IMG/VR virus record: IMGVR_UViG_3300033120_000868
Location: 64,001 to 128,000 of that record
From: a virus
Taxonomy: Duplodnaviria > Caudoviricetes
Length of the DNA stretch: 64,000 nucleotides
Strand: one strand, 5' to 3'
Positions 51,110-60,250 of the stretch are shown piece by piece; positions within the stretch are counted from its first letter, which is position 1; every line of letters starts with the position of its first letter. Made by a program: the position numbers and the translations under genes. The notes under the pieces are model-generated. The model ran no database searches and was not told the origin of the DNA. It worked only from the letters and a program-made list of their open reading frames with translations.

Positions 51110-51547
51110 CTAATAAATTTTACTTAAATAAACATAACTTCTATGATATTTTTCCATTCTATCAAAGTCTTTTTTACTCAGTCCTTTTAAACGACTTATA
51201 TCAGAATTATCTTTTAAATCTGCCAATTTTACTTTTGTAGCATCTGCATTAAAAGAGATTGCTTTAATATAATCATCATAAGGAGTTTCTTTTCTATGAG
51301 TTAATAAATCAAGTGCTTTTATAACTCTCTCAGAAAAACCTAAAAGACGCAATTCTCTCAAAACAACTTCAGCTCCTCTTGGGTCATCTTCAGGTACGTC
51401 ATGTAAAATTGCTATACATTTTAACTCTTCATCATTTGTATGAAGATTATTCATAACTCTTAAACAATGAAGAATATAAGGTTGACCTCCTCTATCTGTT
51501 ATAGGTTCAAACACTGTACTTGCTATTTTTATTGCTTTTCCTAACAT
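51110..51547 (-). CDS. HD-domain hydrolase, RelA/SpoT hydrolase (Mesh1/SAH)-like
   Basis: DRGGQPYILH..RV, AILHDVPED, LLTH, VKLADL.DN. Confidence 0.8.
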   Translation of the reverse strand: MLGKAIKIASTVFEPITDRGGQPYILHCLRVMNNLHTNDEELKCIAILHDVPEDDPRGAEVVLRELRLLGFSERVIKALDLLTHRKETPYDDYIKAISFNADATKVKLADLKDNSDISRLKGLSKKDFDRMEKYHRSYVYLSKIY

Positions 51548-51550
51548 AAT

Positions 51551-52072
51551 TTATAATTCTAATAAATTTTTAAACATTTTAATTAATTCTTGCTTACATT
51601 CTAAATTCCACTCAAAAACAAGATTTGTTATTTTAGAAGTTGAGTTAGAAGTTATTTCTCTTTCAATAAGTTGTTCTGTTAATCTTTCAACTTGATATGT
51701 AATATAGTCAAAACAAAGTCTATCAAAAACCTCTTTTGTAAACTCAATACTTTTAGTTGTATCAAATAAACTTTTATTATGAAAATCTAATTGTTCAAAA
51801 GGTTCTACCAAAGCATAATTCCAACCCTCTTTACTGAAATAAACATCTTTCCCAATGTTATGCATCCATTTATGTAAATAATCAGCTCTTGCTTTTAAAT
51901 CTTTTGCTAAACTATTATTCTTATAAACTTCTTCAAGATTTCTATACTCATTCCATTTAATTGAATCTTCTCCACTTCTTTCGTGAAAGTGTATATAACT
52001 TTCTAATGTTTCTTGAATTTTATTGTATTCCATATTATTTAATTTTAAAAATTCTACTTTCTTTTTGTTCAT
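51551..52072 (-). CDS. Hypothetical protein
   Basis: Packed ORF; true start possibly at the internal Met (about 52033). Confidence 0.55.
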   Translation of the reverse strand: MNKKKVEFLKLNNMEYNKIQETLESYIHFHERSGEDSIKWNEYRNLEEVYKNNSLAKDLKARADYLHKWMHNIGKDVYFSKEGWNYALVEPFEQLDFHNKSLFDTTKSIEFTKEVFDRLCFDYITYQVERLTEQLIEREITSNSTSKITNLVFEWNLECKQELIKMFKNLLEL

Positions 52073-52406
52073 ACATTTTAGTTATTTCATCTTGTCGTCC
52101 GTCATCAAAAAACGCCTTATAAACTAAATTTTCAACCTTCTTACGAAACTTTTCTTTTATAGATATAGGAGCTGTTTCAACGGGAATAAAAACTAACTGT
52201 TCAATTTCATACTTATCAAATGACAGTTTTAGTTTAACAGACCTTGTATATTTTTCTAAAACTTCTATCTGTACTTCCTGATAAACAACAAACCCTAATT
52301 TAACCCACATTACACCTTCTTTATAAGGTTTTGGTAATTGTACTTTTATATTATTACCTATGAAATTATCTAAGATAAAATCAATATACTTTTCTGTTAT
52401 ACTCAT
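52035..52406 (-). CDS. Hypothetical protein
   Basis: Follows the -7 box TATATTTG at 52426-52433. Confidence 0.55.
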   Translation of the reverse strand: MSITEKYIDFILDNFIGNNIKVQLPKPYKEGVMWVKLGFVVYQEVQIEVLEKYTRSVKLKLSFDKYEIEQLVFIPVETAPISIKEKFRKKVENLVYKAFFDDGRQDEITKMYEQKESRIFKIK

Positions 52407-52460
52407 ATCTATTAGTTTTACTTTGCAAATATATAACTTTTTTCGCGGATAAAAAAATAA

Positions 52461-52489
52461 AAAAGCCCCAAATTTTACTCCGAGGCTTT
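52461..52489 (-). terminator. Probable terminator after the helicase
   Basis: AAAGCC…GGCTTT followed by a long U-tract on the minus strand. Confidence 0.55.
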
Positions 52490-52507
52490 ATTTATATTCA
52501 TTCTAAA

Positions 52508-53638
52508 TTAAAATGGAGAATCTTCTCCTTGTAAATCTTTAAAACTTGGTTCAAAAGCATTTAAATTTATTGGAGCTTCTTTCTCAAACACAGGTGTAGA
52601 GTTGAATATAGGTGTTGAGAATGTAGGAATATCTGTTTTTACTTCTACACTTTGCTTCATCTTTTCAAATTGCTCCGCTGTAAGTTCCATTTTCTTTATA
52701 AAAAGATTTTTATACGGGTGGTCAGATTCACGAGTTTTAAGTACAAATTTAAACATATTGCTTAAAGTGTTGAACGAAACTTTACCGTTCTTATCCTCAT
52801 CTTGCATTTCATCTTTTAACCACTCATATCGGTCGGGGTTAACCTTTAAATAGCTATTTACTCCAAGTCTAAAAGGGTCAACTAAAACAACAATATAAGA
52901 ACATAAAAATTCAAAATGTGAACTTCCATAAATCATAGCTGTTGTAGGTATCATAGAATTATCTCTGTCTTTAATGTTTACTAAGCTACCACGATTCATC
53001 TGTGAAAGAAGTAAAAAATAAACATTCTTAAATTCTTTTCTTAATTGATTAATATAACTTGTTAAAGCTTCTAAAGGGTCTTGAAAAGCATCATCTTTTT
53101 TAAGTAATAAGCAATGGTCAATACAAATAACTAAAGCAGAAGAGTCTTTATTTAATTCACAAAAAGTTTTAGTCATTTCATAAAACTCTTTAACTGTTAC
53201 AGACTCTTCACAAATATATCGCCTATCATCTTGTAAACTTTCATAGTATTTTTTTACTACTTCTTTTTCTTCTTCTGTAAACTCATTAGTTAAAATTTCA
53301 CTCTTTTTCTTAGAAGTAAGTTTATTTGTGTCACGTAAAATCCTATTCAGGAACTTCATCTCCAACTGAAATTCTAATGTTTTTATATTTTTTGCATCAG
53401 GATTTACTTTTTCATCTAGTATTTGGTCAAGAGTGTCGTAAAGCATCTTGGTTTTACCTACACCTGAATTAGCAGCATACAAAACACAATCAGAAGGTAG
53501 TAAACCTGTGATATGACAGTCTATTGCCTCATCACCTGTGCGGAGTAATTGCTTATCTCCCTGCTGTAGCTTATTTAAGTATGTGAAAGCTTCTGTAGCT
53601 AATTGTCCTGCCCTTTTTATTCTACTGTCTAATTGCAT
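52508..53638 (-). CDS. dnaB: DnaB-like replicative helicase
   Basis: Walker A AANSGVGKT, LEM, IDH, LLSQMNR. Confidence 0.8.
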   Translation of the reverse strand: MQLDSRIKRAGQLATEAFTYLNKLQQGDKQLLRTGDEAIDCHITGLLPSDCVLYAANSGVGKTKMLYDTLDQILDEKVNPDAKNIKTLEFQLEMKFLNRILRDTNKLTSKKKSEILTNEFTEEEKEVVKKYYESLQDDRRYICEESVTVKEFYEMTKTFCELNKDSSALVICIDHCLLLKKDDAFQDPLEALTSYINQLRKEFKNVYFLLLSQMNRGSLVNIKDRDNSMIPTTAMIYGSSHFEFLCSYIVVLVDPFRLGVNSYLKVNPDRYEWLKDEMQDEDKNGKVSFNTLSNMFKFVLKTRESDHPYKNLFIKKMELTAEQFEKMKQSVEVKTDIPTFSTPIFNSTPVFEKEAPINLNAFEPSFKDLQGEDSPF

Positions 53639-54220
53639 TTATTGAAATTCTTGAAATTTGTTGTCGAAATAGTTTTGATTCTTTAAATAATATTGGTACA
53701 AACGACTACTATGTAAGTCAAACTTTATATTGAATACAGATTCACCCTTAAAGAAAAGGTATTGTAAAACTTTAGACCACTCAAACTGAGATTCATCATT
53801 GATAAAGCTTTGTATTAAAAATGCTAATGCGTTACGTTGGATACCACTCTCTGCTGAAAATTGGGCAATAAACATCTTTGTCTTTTTTTGATTTCCTAAA
53901 TCCTTTCCTGCGGAAATATAGATTTGCTTAATCCACTCAAAAATACGTAACGAATCTTCTGTTACTTCAGGAGTTTCTATGGCATCAAGCACTTCACGTC
54001 CTTTCTTACTTAATCTTAGACGTTTGTAGACACTTTCTTGTTTATTCTTAGCTTTGACTTCAGATAAAAAACCTTTATGGTGTAAAACATCTAAATCTCC
54101 ATTATAACTTTCTAGTAATTCTGAAACATCTTCGTTTTTAGCTTGATGTAAAATTTGTAGAAGTGCCACTTGTTGTAAGTTTAAGTTGTGATGTTTTAGT
54201 ATGTTTATATTTACGTACAT
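53639..54220 (-). CDS. Putative replication initiator/helicase-associated wHTH protein
   Basis: LHHKGFL..LRLSKKG wHTH-like; abuts the helicase gene. Confidence 0.45.
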   Translation of the reverse strand: MYVNINILKHHNLNLQQVALLQILHQAKNEDVSELLESYNGDLDVLHHKGFLSEVKAKNKQESVYKRLRLSKKGREVLDAIETPEVTEDSLRIFEWIKQIYISAGKDLGNQKKTKMFIAQFSAESGIQRNALAFLIQSFINDESQFEWSKVLQYLFFKGESVFNIKFDLHSSRLYQYYLKNQNYFDNKFQEFQ

Positions 54221-54307
54221 AATTCAAATATTTTTATCATTAACCAAATTTCCACAAAAAGAATTAAAAGAAACAGGAGAAAATACCAATATACTATTAG
54301 ATTATTC

Positions 54308-54604
54308 TTAATGTGTTTCAAACTTATCTTTTAATTTATTGTAAATACTTTTAGCTTCTTCAAACCTTACTTTCTCTACCAATTCTCTTGTTTCTGTTTC
54401 TCTTTTTAGGCGATTTTCATATTCTTCATCTGTTTCTTCTTTTTCGGCATAAAATGAAACTGTATTGTATTCAATTTCGCAATATGTCGCTTCTGATTCT
54501 TCAAAAATTTTAAGAATACTTTCAATATTCTCTTTTTTAAATTGTCCTGTTGGTGAAGCTGTATATTCTTTGTATGATAACCAACGTGTTTTTACTTGTT
54601 TCAT
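54308..54604 (-). CDS. Hypothetical protein
   Basis: Start set at MKQVK, just after the dut stop; ETDEEY..RL. Confidence 0.55.
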   Translation of the reverse strand: MKQVKTRWLSYKEYTASPTGQFKKENIESILKIFEESEATYCEIEYNTVSFYAEKEETDEEYENRLKRETETRELVEKVRFEEAKSIYNKLKDKFETH

Positions 54605-54605
54605 A

Positions 54606-55103
54606 TTATTTACCTGAACTTCCATAACCACCTTCACCTCTTTCTGTTTCTGATAATTCATTTACTTCTAAAAACTTAATTTCAGGATAAGGTAAAATTA
54701 AAATTTGTCCAATTCTATCTCCTATTTTATATTCTTCACCAATACAATTTTTAACTGTTAAAGTATTAATCAATCCTAAATCGCTTAATATTAATTTTAA
54801 TGTGCCAAAATAAGGAACTCTTACACTCTTTTTATATTTAAACATAACCTCTCCTCTGTAACCACTATCTAAAACACCAACAGAATTACTTAATAATAAA
54901 TCTTTTTTTGCATTACTTGAGCGTGGAAATAATAAGCCTACATAACCTTTAGGAATTTCAAAAGCTAATCCTGTACCATAAACTGTATTACCATCTCCAT
55001 CGTATTCTTTACTTATAGCTACTAAATCCATTCCCGCATCACCTTCTTTTGCATATTTAGGTATTACAGCGTCTTTTGATAATTTTTTAATTTTAATTTC
55101 CAT
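54606..55103 (-). CDS. dut: dUTP diphosphatase
   Basis: AGMDL, PRSS, GVLDSGYRGE, GDRIGQ, RGEGGYGSSG. Confidence 0.95.
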   Translation of the reverse strand: MEIKIKKLSKDAVIPKYAKEGDAGMDLVAISKEYDGDGNTVYGTGLAFEIPKGYVGLLFPRSSNAKKDLLLSNSVGVLDSGYRGEVMFKYKKSVRVPYFGTLKLILSDLGLINTLTVKNCIGEEYKIGDRIGQILILPYPEIKFLEVNELSETERGEGGYGSSGK

Positions 55104-55483
55104 TACAAATATTCTTGTTTAGTTTCTAATACACCTTTTACAATATTAAGTTGAGAATAATGACCTTGATTACCTGCTTTCTCTCTTAAATTATTATATT
55201 CTTTTATAGCTTTTGTTAGTTCTGTTTTTGTTTTCACTTTTTTAGCGGAATAATATAGTTCGTCAATTTCTTTGAAAATTCTGCTTGACCTCTCGCCTTG
55301 ATAAAACATCATCCATGAAACAAAAAACATGATTGTAGATAGGAAACCTACAAGTTTTAAATAGGCTACTAAATCAAATTGAAGGTCTGAATAATAAGAA
55401 AATAACATTCCAATAACAAAGCAATTGATTCCTGTGATAAAACCTAAAGTTAAAGGTTTTTGTTTATTTATCCATTTTATCAT
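55103..55483 (-). CDS. Two-TM membrane protein
   Basis: Two hydrophobic helices followed by a charged tail. Confidence 0.55.
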   Translation of the reverse strand: MIKWINKQKPLTLGFITGINCFVIGMLFSYYSDLQFDLVAYLKLVGFLSTIMFFVSWMMFYQGERSSRIFKEIDELYYSAKKVKTKTELTKAIKEYNNLREKAGNQGHYSQLNIVKGVLETKQEYL

Positions 55484-55634
55484 AATATCTTTCTAAGTTT
55501 TTCACCCAACTCTAAGTCATTTGGTGTTTCTTTAATAACTTGTTTAATGTATTTTAACTTTTTTAATAAATATATATTTTCTGTTAAACTGACTAAGTGA
55601 ATACACTCTTCTAAAATACTATTTTTCATCTTTT

Positions 55635-55865
55635 TTATCCATTATTCTTACACTTAATCATCTCAGCTAATTCTATAATAAGCTTTTCTGCATCTTTACT
55701 CAATTTATCAGAAACATAAGCTAATTGTGTTCCAAACTCGTGGTTAGTATAAGTCTTAAATCCTTTACCTAAACCATTGAATAAATTTGCTTGAGTGTGG
55801 TCATCTGAATGAGCAATGTCAAAACCTATGTTTTCTGCTATTAATTCAATACTTGATTTAATCAT
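55635..55865 (-). CDS. Hypothetical protein
   Basis: Packed ORF. Confidence 0.55.
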   Translation of the reverse strand: MIKSSIELIAENIGFDIAHSDDHTQANLFNGLGKGFKTYTNHEFGTQLAYVSDKLSKDAEKLIIELAEMIKCKNNG

Positions 55866-56332
55866 ACCTGCTGTTTTTTAGTTCGCATTAAGTCAACAAA
55901 ATCATAAATATTGGAAGTAAAATCAGCAGCTAAACTTTCAAATTTTACAAGAGCTTGTTCAGAATAGTCTGTTTCTTGGATACTCTTAACTACTTTATCT
56001 TTTATCAACTGTTGATTCTCTTTTACCGTTTGTTCTATCAGTTTTGCGCCAAAAGATGTAGGAGCATTTGTAGAATAATGATAATTGAAAACATGAAAAC
56101 TCAAATCTTTACTTTTAATAAGTTCTGCAACTTTATTAATTAACTCCTCTTCATAATTAGGTACAATTTTGTCTACTTCATCTCTTACAATCGCATAAGC
56201 TAAATTACTTAATAACCTTTGAGTATTTTCTTCACTACCTGAAAAGAATTTTCTAATTTGATTTCTTAATTCATCTTGAACAATTTCTTTTATTTCTTGT
56301 TGGTCTAAGTAATCTTCTATTTTAATTTCCAT
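55862..56332 (-). CDS. Hypothetical protein
   Basis: Follows the -7 box TATATTTG at 56352-56359. Confidence 0.6.
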   Translation of the reverse strand: MEIKIEDYLDQQEIKEIVQDELRNQIRKFFSGSEENTQRLLSNLAYAIVRDEVDKIVPNYEEELINKVAELIKSKDLSFHVFNYHYSTNAPTSFGAKLIEQTVKENQQLIKDKVVKSIQETDYSEQALVKFESLAADFTSNIYDFVDLMRTKKQQV

Positions 56333-56738
56333 AATTATTTATTTTGTTTTGCAAATATAGTGAATGTTTTTGAATTGTGCAAGTTTATTCTTCTAAACTT
56401 TCATTTATACCTTCAATTTTGTCTCTTAACTCTTGACCATAGCTATAATCAATATTTGAAATCTGATATTTAGAAGTTGTTGAGTATTTGCCTATTTCTC
56501 TATGTAAAAACTCAATATAAGCTTCCTGAATTTCCACTAAATTTTGTAATTTCTTTTTCATCTTAAAATATACTTTCTTCTTGTATTAAACGCTTAACTA
56601 AAGCTTTATCATTGTAAGATAATAAACGAAACAGTTCTCTTATGTTTATTACATCTTGACTATATTTTTCTTCTGTTTTTCTCTCTTTTTCGCCGAAACT
56701 GTCATCTAAATAAAATTTTTGTACACTATCGCTCATGA

Positions 56739-57668
56739 TTAAACTGCTATTTCTAATTTACTATTAATTTTTTCAATTCCCTCCAACCCACTAAAATTAA
56801 AGTCTTCTATTGTATGACTATAAAAATCTTTAGATTCACAAATTAACTCTATTTTAGGTTGTTTACCTGTCGGTTTTTTATCTAATAACTCATTCACAGC
56901 ATCCATGTGACGCAAATAAACGTGGCAGTTTTGGACAATATGTAAAAGTTTACCAACTTCATGTTTAATTCCTGTCTTAAATGTTAAATGATTACAAACC
57001 ATCATAGCTAACATTGTATATTGACTTGAATTTATGGAGCTTGTAACTGCAAAGTCCTGACTACGTTGCACTAATGTAATATCAATAAAGCGTTTATGAA
57101 CTTCAAATTTATCATATTCTCTAACGCTCCAAAGTGTCTCATAAGCACAAGGAGTAAGAGCTTTAGGGTCATCAATCATCTGCTGTTCTTGCCACATAGA
57201 AATAATATGTCTTCTGCCAAACGGGTTTTCTTCTAAACCTTTTAAAAGTTTGTTCACTAAATTGTAACGCTTAACAGTATGTCCATAAGTTTTCCCTAAA
57301 ATACGTATAGTTTTATACGTAAGATTACTTGAGTTATCTATAAAAGAAATACCCCCATTTAATAACATATCATATCTACAAAAATCTTTCCACCAACTAT
57401 GAATACTCTTATGCATCTCTTCTAAAACATTTGTTTGTTTTAGATAAATAGCTTCAATATCATAAAAAGCACCTTTTAAAGCTGTAGGTCTCAAAGTTGT
57501 GATAGGAAATTCTCCTTTAGAAATATCATATTGGAAAACTTTTTGTGTTATAAACTTAGAATGTGCAGGACTACCATCTTCCCACTTAGGTCTTGGTTTT
57601 TTATCTACTTGACCACCTTCTAAAATTTCAAGTAATGTTTCGCGTAAATAAATATCCGCTTTATTCAT
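56739..57668 (-). CDS. thyA: Thymidylate synthase
   Basis: FPITTLR, GRRHI, LTPC, QRSQD..N..QY, H..NCHVY. Confidence 0.88.
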   Translation of the reverse strand: MNKADIYLRETLLEILEGGQVDKKPRPKWEDGSPAHSKFITQKVFQYDISKGEFPITTLRPTALKGAFYDIEAIYLKQTNVLEEMHKSIHSWWKDFCRYDMLLNGGISFIDNSSNLTYKTIRILGKTYGHTVKRYNLVNKLLKGLEENPFGRRHIISMWQEQQMIDDPKALTPCAYETLWSVREYDKFEVHKRFIDITLVQRSQDFAVTSSINSSQYTMLAMMVCNHLTFKTGIKHEVGKLLHIVQNCHVYLRHMDAVNELLDKKPTGKQPKIELICESKDFYSHTIEDFNFSGLEGIEKINSKLEIAV

Positions 57669-57669
57669 A

Positions 57670-58053
57670 TTAAAACTCCTTAGTTAAATCCACAACTGAC
57701 TTTAAAATACCTTCTTTTGCTATAACATAAATTACATTATTCGGAACGTCAAAAATTAAATTAACATTTTCTAAAAAATCTTGCATATCTTTCATCTTAA
57801 AAGCATAAGTGTCTCCATCTTTAAACTTCTCTGTGATTTCATAATATTTATTAAATCCATTAACATTAATAATTACAACAGAATTATGTTTATCCCAAGT
57901 GATAATTACATTAGCCATTTCTGTAGGAGTGCAAGTATCTTCTAATTTTTGAATGGAGCATTGCTTCGTAGATACGAAGGCTACATAGTTTGTTTCTTGA
58001 GCTTGAATTGTAAAACTTAAAAGTAGTACAATTATTAATAATAGTTTTTTCAT
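57670..58053 (-). CDS. Secreted/periplasmic beta-rich protein
   Basis: Signal peptide MKKLLLIIVLLLSFTIQAQ. Confidence 0.6.
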   Translation of the reverse strand: MKKLLLIIVLLLSFTIQAQETNYVAFVSTKQCSIQKLEDTCTPTEMANVIITWDKHNSVVIINVNGFNKYYEITEKFKDGDTYAFKMKDMQDFLENVNLIFDVPNNVIYVIAKEGILKSVVDLTKEF

Positions 58054-58057
58054 AATT

Positions 58058-58675
58058 TTATTTTAGTAAAAAATTTACAGGGTAGTGATACTTAAATCCT
58101 GCATAAGCTTCCATAGTTTTATTCCAATTTCCATGCCTTTCGTACAAGTAATTAAGATAATCTAAAACCACGGTTACTTGTTTTTGTTCATTAAACCTAC
58201 CGTCAATACTATAACCTTTCATTTTACACATCTCATTCCAAGTTCCATCTAACATTTGTCCAAGACCTTTTGCTGTGGAATATTTATTTTCAGCTTTTAC
58301 ATTAAATCTACTTTCTTTGTAGAAAACCCAAAATACTAATGTTGCAGGAACTTTAGCTTCCTCTATTTGATTTCTATATTTTAAAGCTAAAAATGAGAAC
58401 CTTTCAAACTCATCTTCTGTTAGTTTAAATCCTATAGCTTTATAAAGGTCTTCTACGTAATATTCTTCTCTTAAAGGAGAGTTTATTTGTTTGATTCTGT
58501 TTTCTTTTTCTCTTATTATTTTTTCTTTTTCGCCGATTTCAGACTTAAACTGAACTGCTGAAACTAAAGTCGCGCCAAAAGAAATAAAGAGAACAGCAAC
58601 AATAACTCTGTATTTCAATATTTTATTAGTCTTCCTATAGACTAAGTTCTCGCTGTCATATTTAAATAATGTCAT
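58058..58675 (-). CDS. Membrane-anchored lytic transglycosylase (SLT)
   Basis: N-terminal TM; KESRFN..STAKGLGQM..TW..YL..LY..GNW..AY. Confidence 0.8.
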   Translation of the reverse strand: MTLFKYDSENLVYRKTNKILKYRVIVAVLFISFGATLVSAVQFKSEIGEKEKIIREKENRIKQINSPLREEYYVEDLYKAIGFKLTEDEFERFSFLALKYRNQIEEAKVPATLVFWVFYKESRFNVKAENKYSTAKGLGQMLDGTWNEMCKMKGYSIDGRFNEQKQVTVVLDYLNYLYERHGNWNKTMEAYAGFKYHYPVNFLLK

Positions 58676-58691
58676 AATTTCTAATTTTTTA

Positions 58692-58723
58692 CAAAGATAC
58701 TAAATTACTTTTCAATATCCAAA
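58692..58723 (-). promoter_or_regulatory. Bacteroidetes sigma-A promoter
   Basis: TTTG (58720-58723), 20 nt, TATCTTTG (58692-58699). Confidence 0.7.
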
Positions 58724-58915
58724 TTTTTCGTAAACTAATTCATAAATACGTTCTAAATCAAACTCCAACAATTCTAAAACATCAACGTCTTTATAATAAA
58801 TTGCTGTTATTTCTACTTCAGGGTATTCAGCAGGAGTTTCTAAAGTTGCAGGATAATAATCTCCACTAACTTCATACTCAATTTCTATCTCAGTGCCGTT
58901 GTAATTAATATACAT
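58712..58915 (-). CDS. Small very acidic protein
   Basis: 67 aa, E/D/Y-rich; similar to 42565-42798. Confidence 0.55.
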   Translation of the reverse strand: MYINYNGTEIEIEYEVSGDYYPATLETPAEYPEVEITAIYYKDVDVLELLEFDLERIYELVYEKFGY

Positions 58916-59157
58916 AATATTCCTATTAAAGTTAATACTATAGTTAAATCTCTCTTTACTTGTTTTCTTTTTTCTTCTTGTTTTAAACCGTCTTTTGCTT
59001 TTATGGCTAAAAACACACTTTTAAAAGGTTTATTATCATTATAATGAAACATATAGGAAAAATTAAATCCTAAAATGTAAAACATCTCTAAGACTACGTA
59101 TTCCTCTCTGTTCTCTGTCAATTGCATGACGCTAAATTTCTTTTGTGTTATTTTCAT
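58885..59157 (-). CDS. Hypothetical membrane protein
   Basis: C-terminal hydrophobic segment. Confidence 0.5.
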   Translation of the reverse strand: MKITQKKFSVMQLTENREEYVVLEMFYILGFNFSYMFHYNDNKPFKSVFLAIKAKDGLKQEEKRKQVKRDLTIVLTLIGILCILITTALR

Positions 59158-59159
59158 AG

Positions 59160-59930
59160 TTATTGTTTTTTATTTTTGTCAAACCACTTCATAGTAATGT
59201 AATCGTTTTCATCTGTAAAAGTATCCACTAAAGAATTTTTCATAGAATATAATAAATTTAGTTGTTCTAAAACTTCTTCCTCACTATACATTCTCTCAGC
59301 TTGCCACTTAGCACCAAATTTAACAGCTTCTATTACAGCTTTATTAATTTGTTCATTATATTCTGAATAATTTTTAGCAACTTCTTCAAGTTCTAATTCT
59401 TCTTTAAATATCTCTCCTAAAGCTTCTTCCACTTGTTTAGCTATTTCAGGATTACCATTCTTTTCTAACCATTGGTCTATGATATTTTCTTCTGTTTTTG
59501 AACTCTGTTCTCTATTTTCTTTTGGCGAAAAATTTAAAGAATATGAATATGTATAGTCAACGCATATATTATAATCTGTTTCGTTAAGTTCCTTTATAAC
59601 CTCCACATAATCAGGAGTATTTTCGGCGTAAAAAGATAAGAAAGAACTGTTAACTTGTTGAACACCATCTTCTATAAGAGTGGGGTCATTAGTGAGAACT
59701 ACTTTTTTACGTCCTAGTAAACTACAATCATCTTTCCATTTCCAAACTTTATAACCATCTGTTATGTAATCGTCAAATTTAATCTCCTCATTATTAGTAA
59801 TATAGATAAATTTATTTACAACCCAACCTCCCATAGATAAAACATTCTTACTATGACCATAAACATTAGCGTGTGTATTATAGTATAATTCACTTTCTTG
59901 GTCTGTTTCTTTTAAAAATATGTTCTTCAT
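59160..59930 (-). CDS. Hypothetical phage protein
   Basis: IYITNNEEIK, LIEDGVQ, GAKWQAERMYSEEEV; -7 box TACATTTG at 59958-59965. Confidence 0.6.
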   Translation of the reverse strand: MKNIFLKETDQESELYYNTHANVYGHSKNVLSMGGWVVNKFIYITNNEEIKFDDYITDGYKVWKWKDDCSLLGRKKVVLTNDPTLIEDGVQQVNSSFLSFYAENTPDYVEVIKELNETDYNICVDYTYSYSLNFSPKENREQSSKTEENIIDQWLEKNGNPEIAKQVEEALGEIFKEELELEEVAKNYSEYNEQINKAVIEAVKFGAKWQAERMYSEEEVLEQLNLLYSMKNSLVDTFTDENDYITMKWFDKNKKQ

Positions 59931-60040
59931 AAACTACTCTTTTAATGATTTCTTTTGCAAATGTACGGAAAAATATTTTACTGTGCAAGAAAAAACTATT
60001 TTATTTTTTATTTCGCGCGAAAAAAGTTAGAAACGGAAAT

Positions 60041-60068
60041 AAAAAAGCCGACTAAAAAGTCAGCTCTT
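60041..60068 (-). terminator. Probable terminator
   Basis: AGCTGACT/AGTCGGCT stem followed by a U-tract on the minus strand. Confidence 0.6.
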
Positions 60069-60075
60069 CTGTTTA

Positions 60076-60246
60076 TCAATCTTCTTTATAAGGACAATGC
60101 CTACAATTGTTATTACAACAACTTCCTCTTCTTTTATGATAAGATTCTGTAAAAATCATATTACCTTGCTCCCAATAGAAATCTGTAGGTAACAGTTTAT
60201 TTTTACTTTGTTCTTTTACATATTGACTAAAAATCCAATCTTTCAT
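60076..60246 (-). CDS. DUF5522-like small Cys-rich protein
   Basis: FTESYH..RGSCC.N.CRHCPY; start at MKDW just after the RNR stop. Confidence 0.7.
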   Translation of the reverse strand: MKDWIFSQYVKEQSKNKLLPTDFYWEQGNMIFTESYHKRRGSCCNNNCRHCPYKED

Positions 60247-60250
60247 ACCT

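Noticed and set aside
56739-57668. Base-modifying dCMP hydroxymethylase instead of ThyA
   Set aside because: The dUMP-specifying Asn (SINSSQY) is retained and no modification genes are nearby
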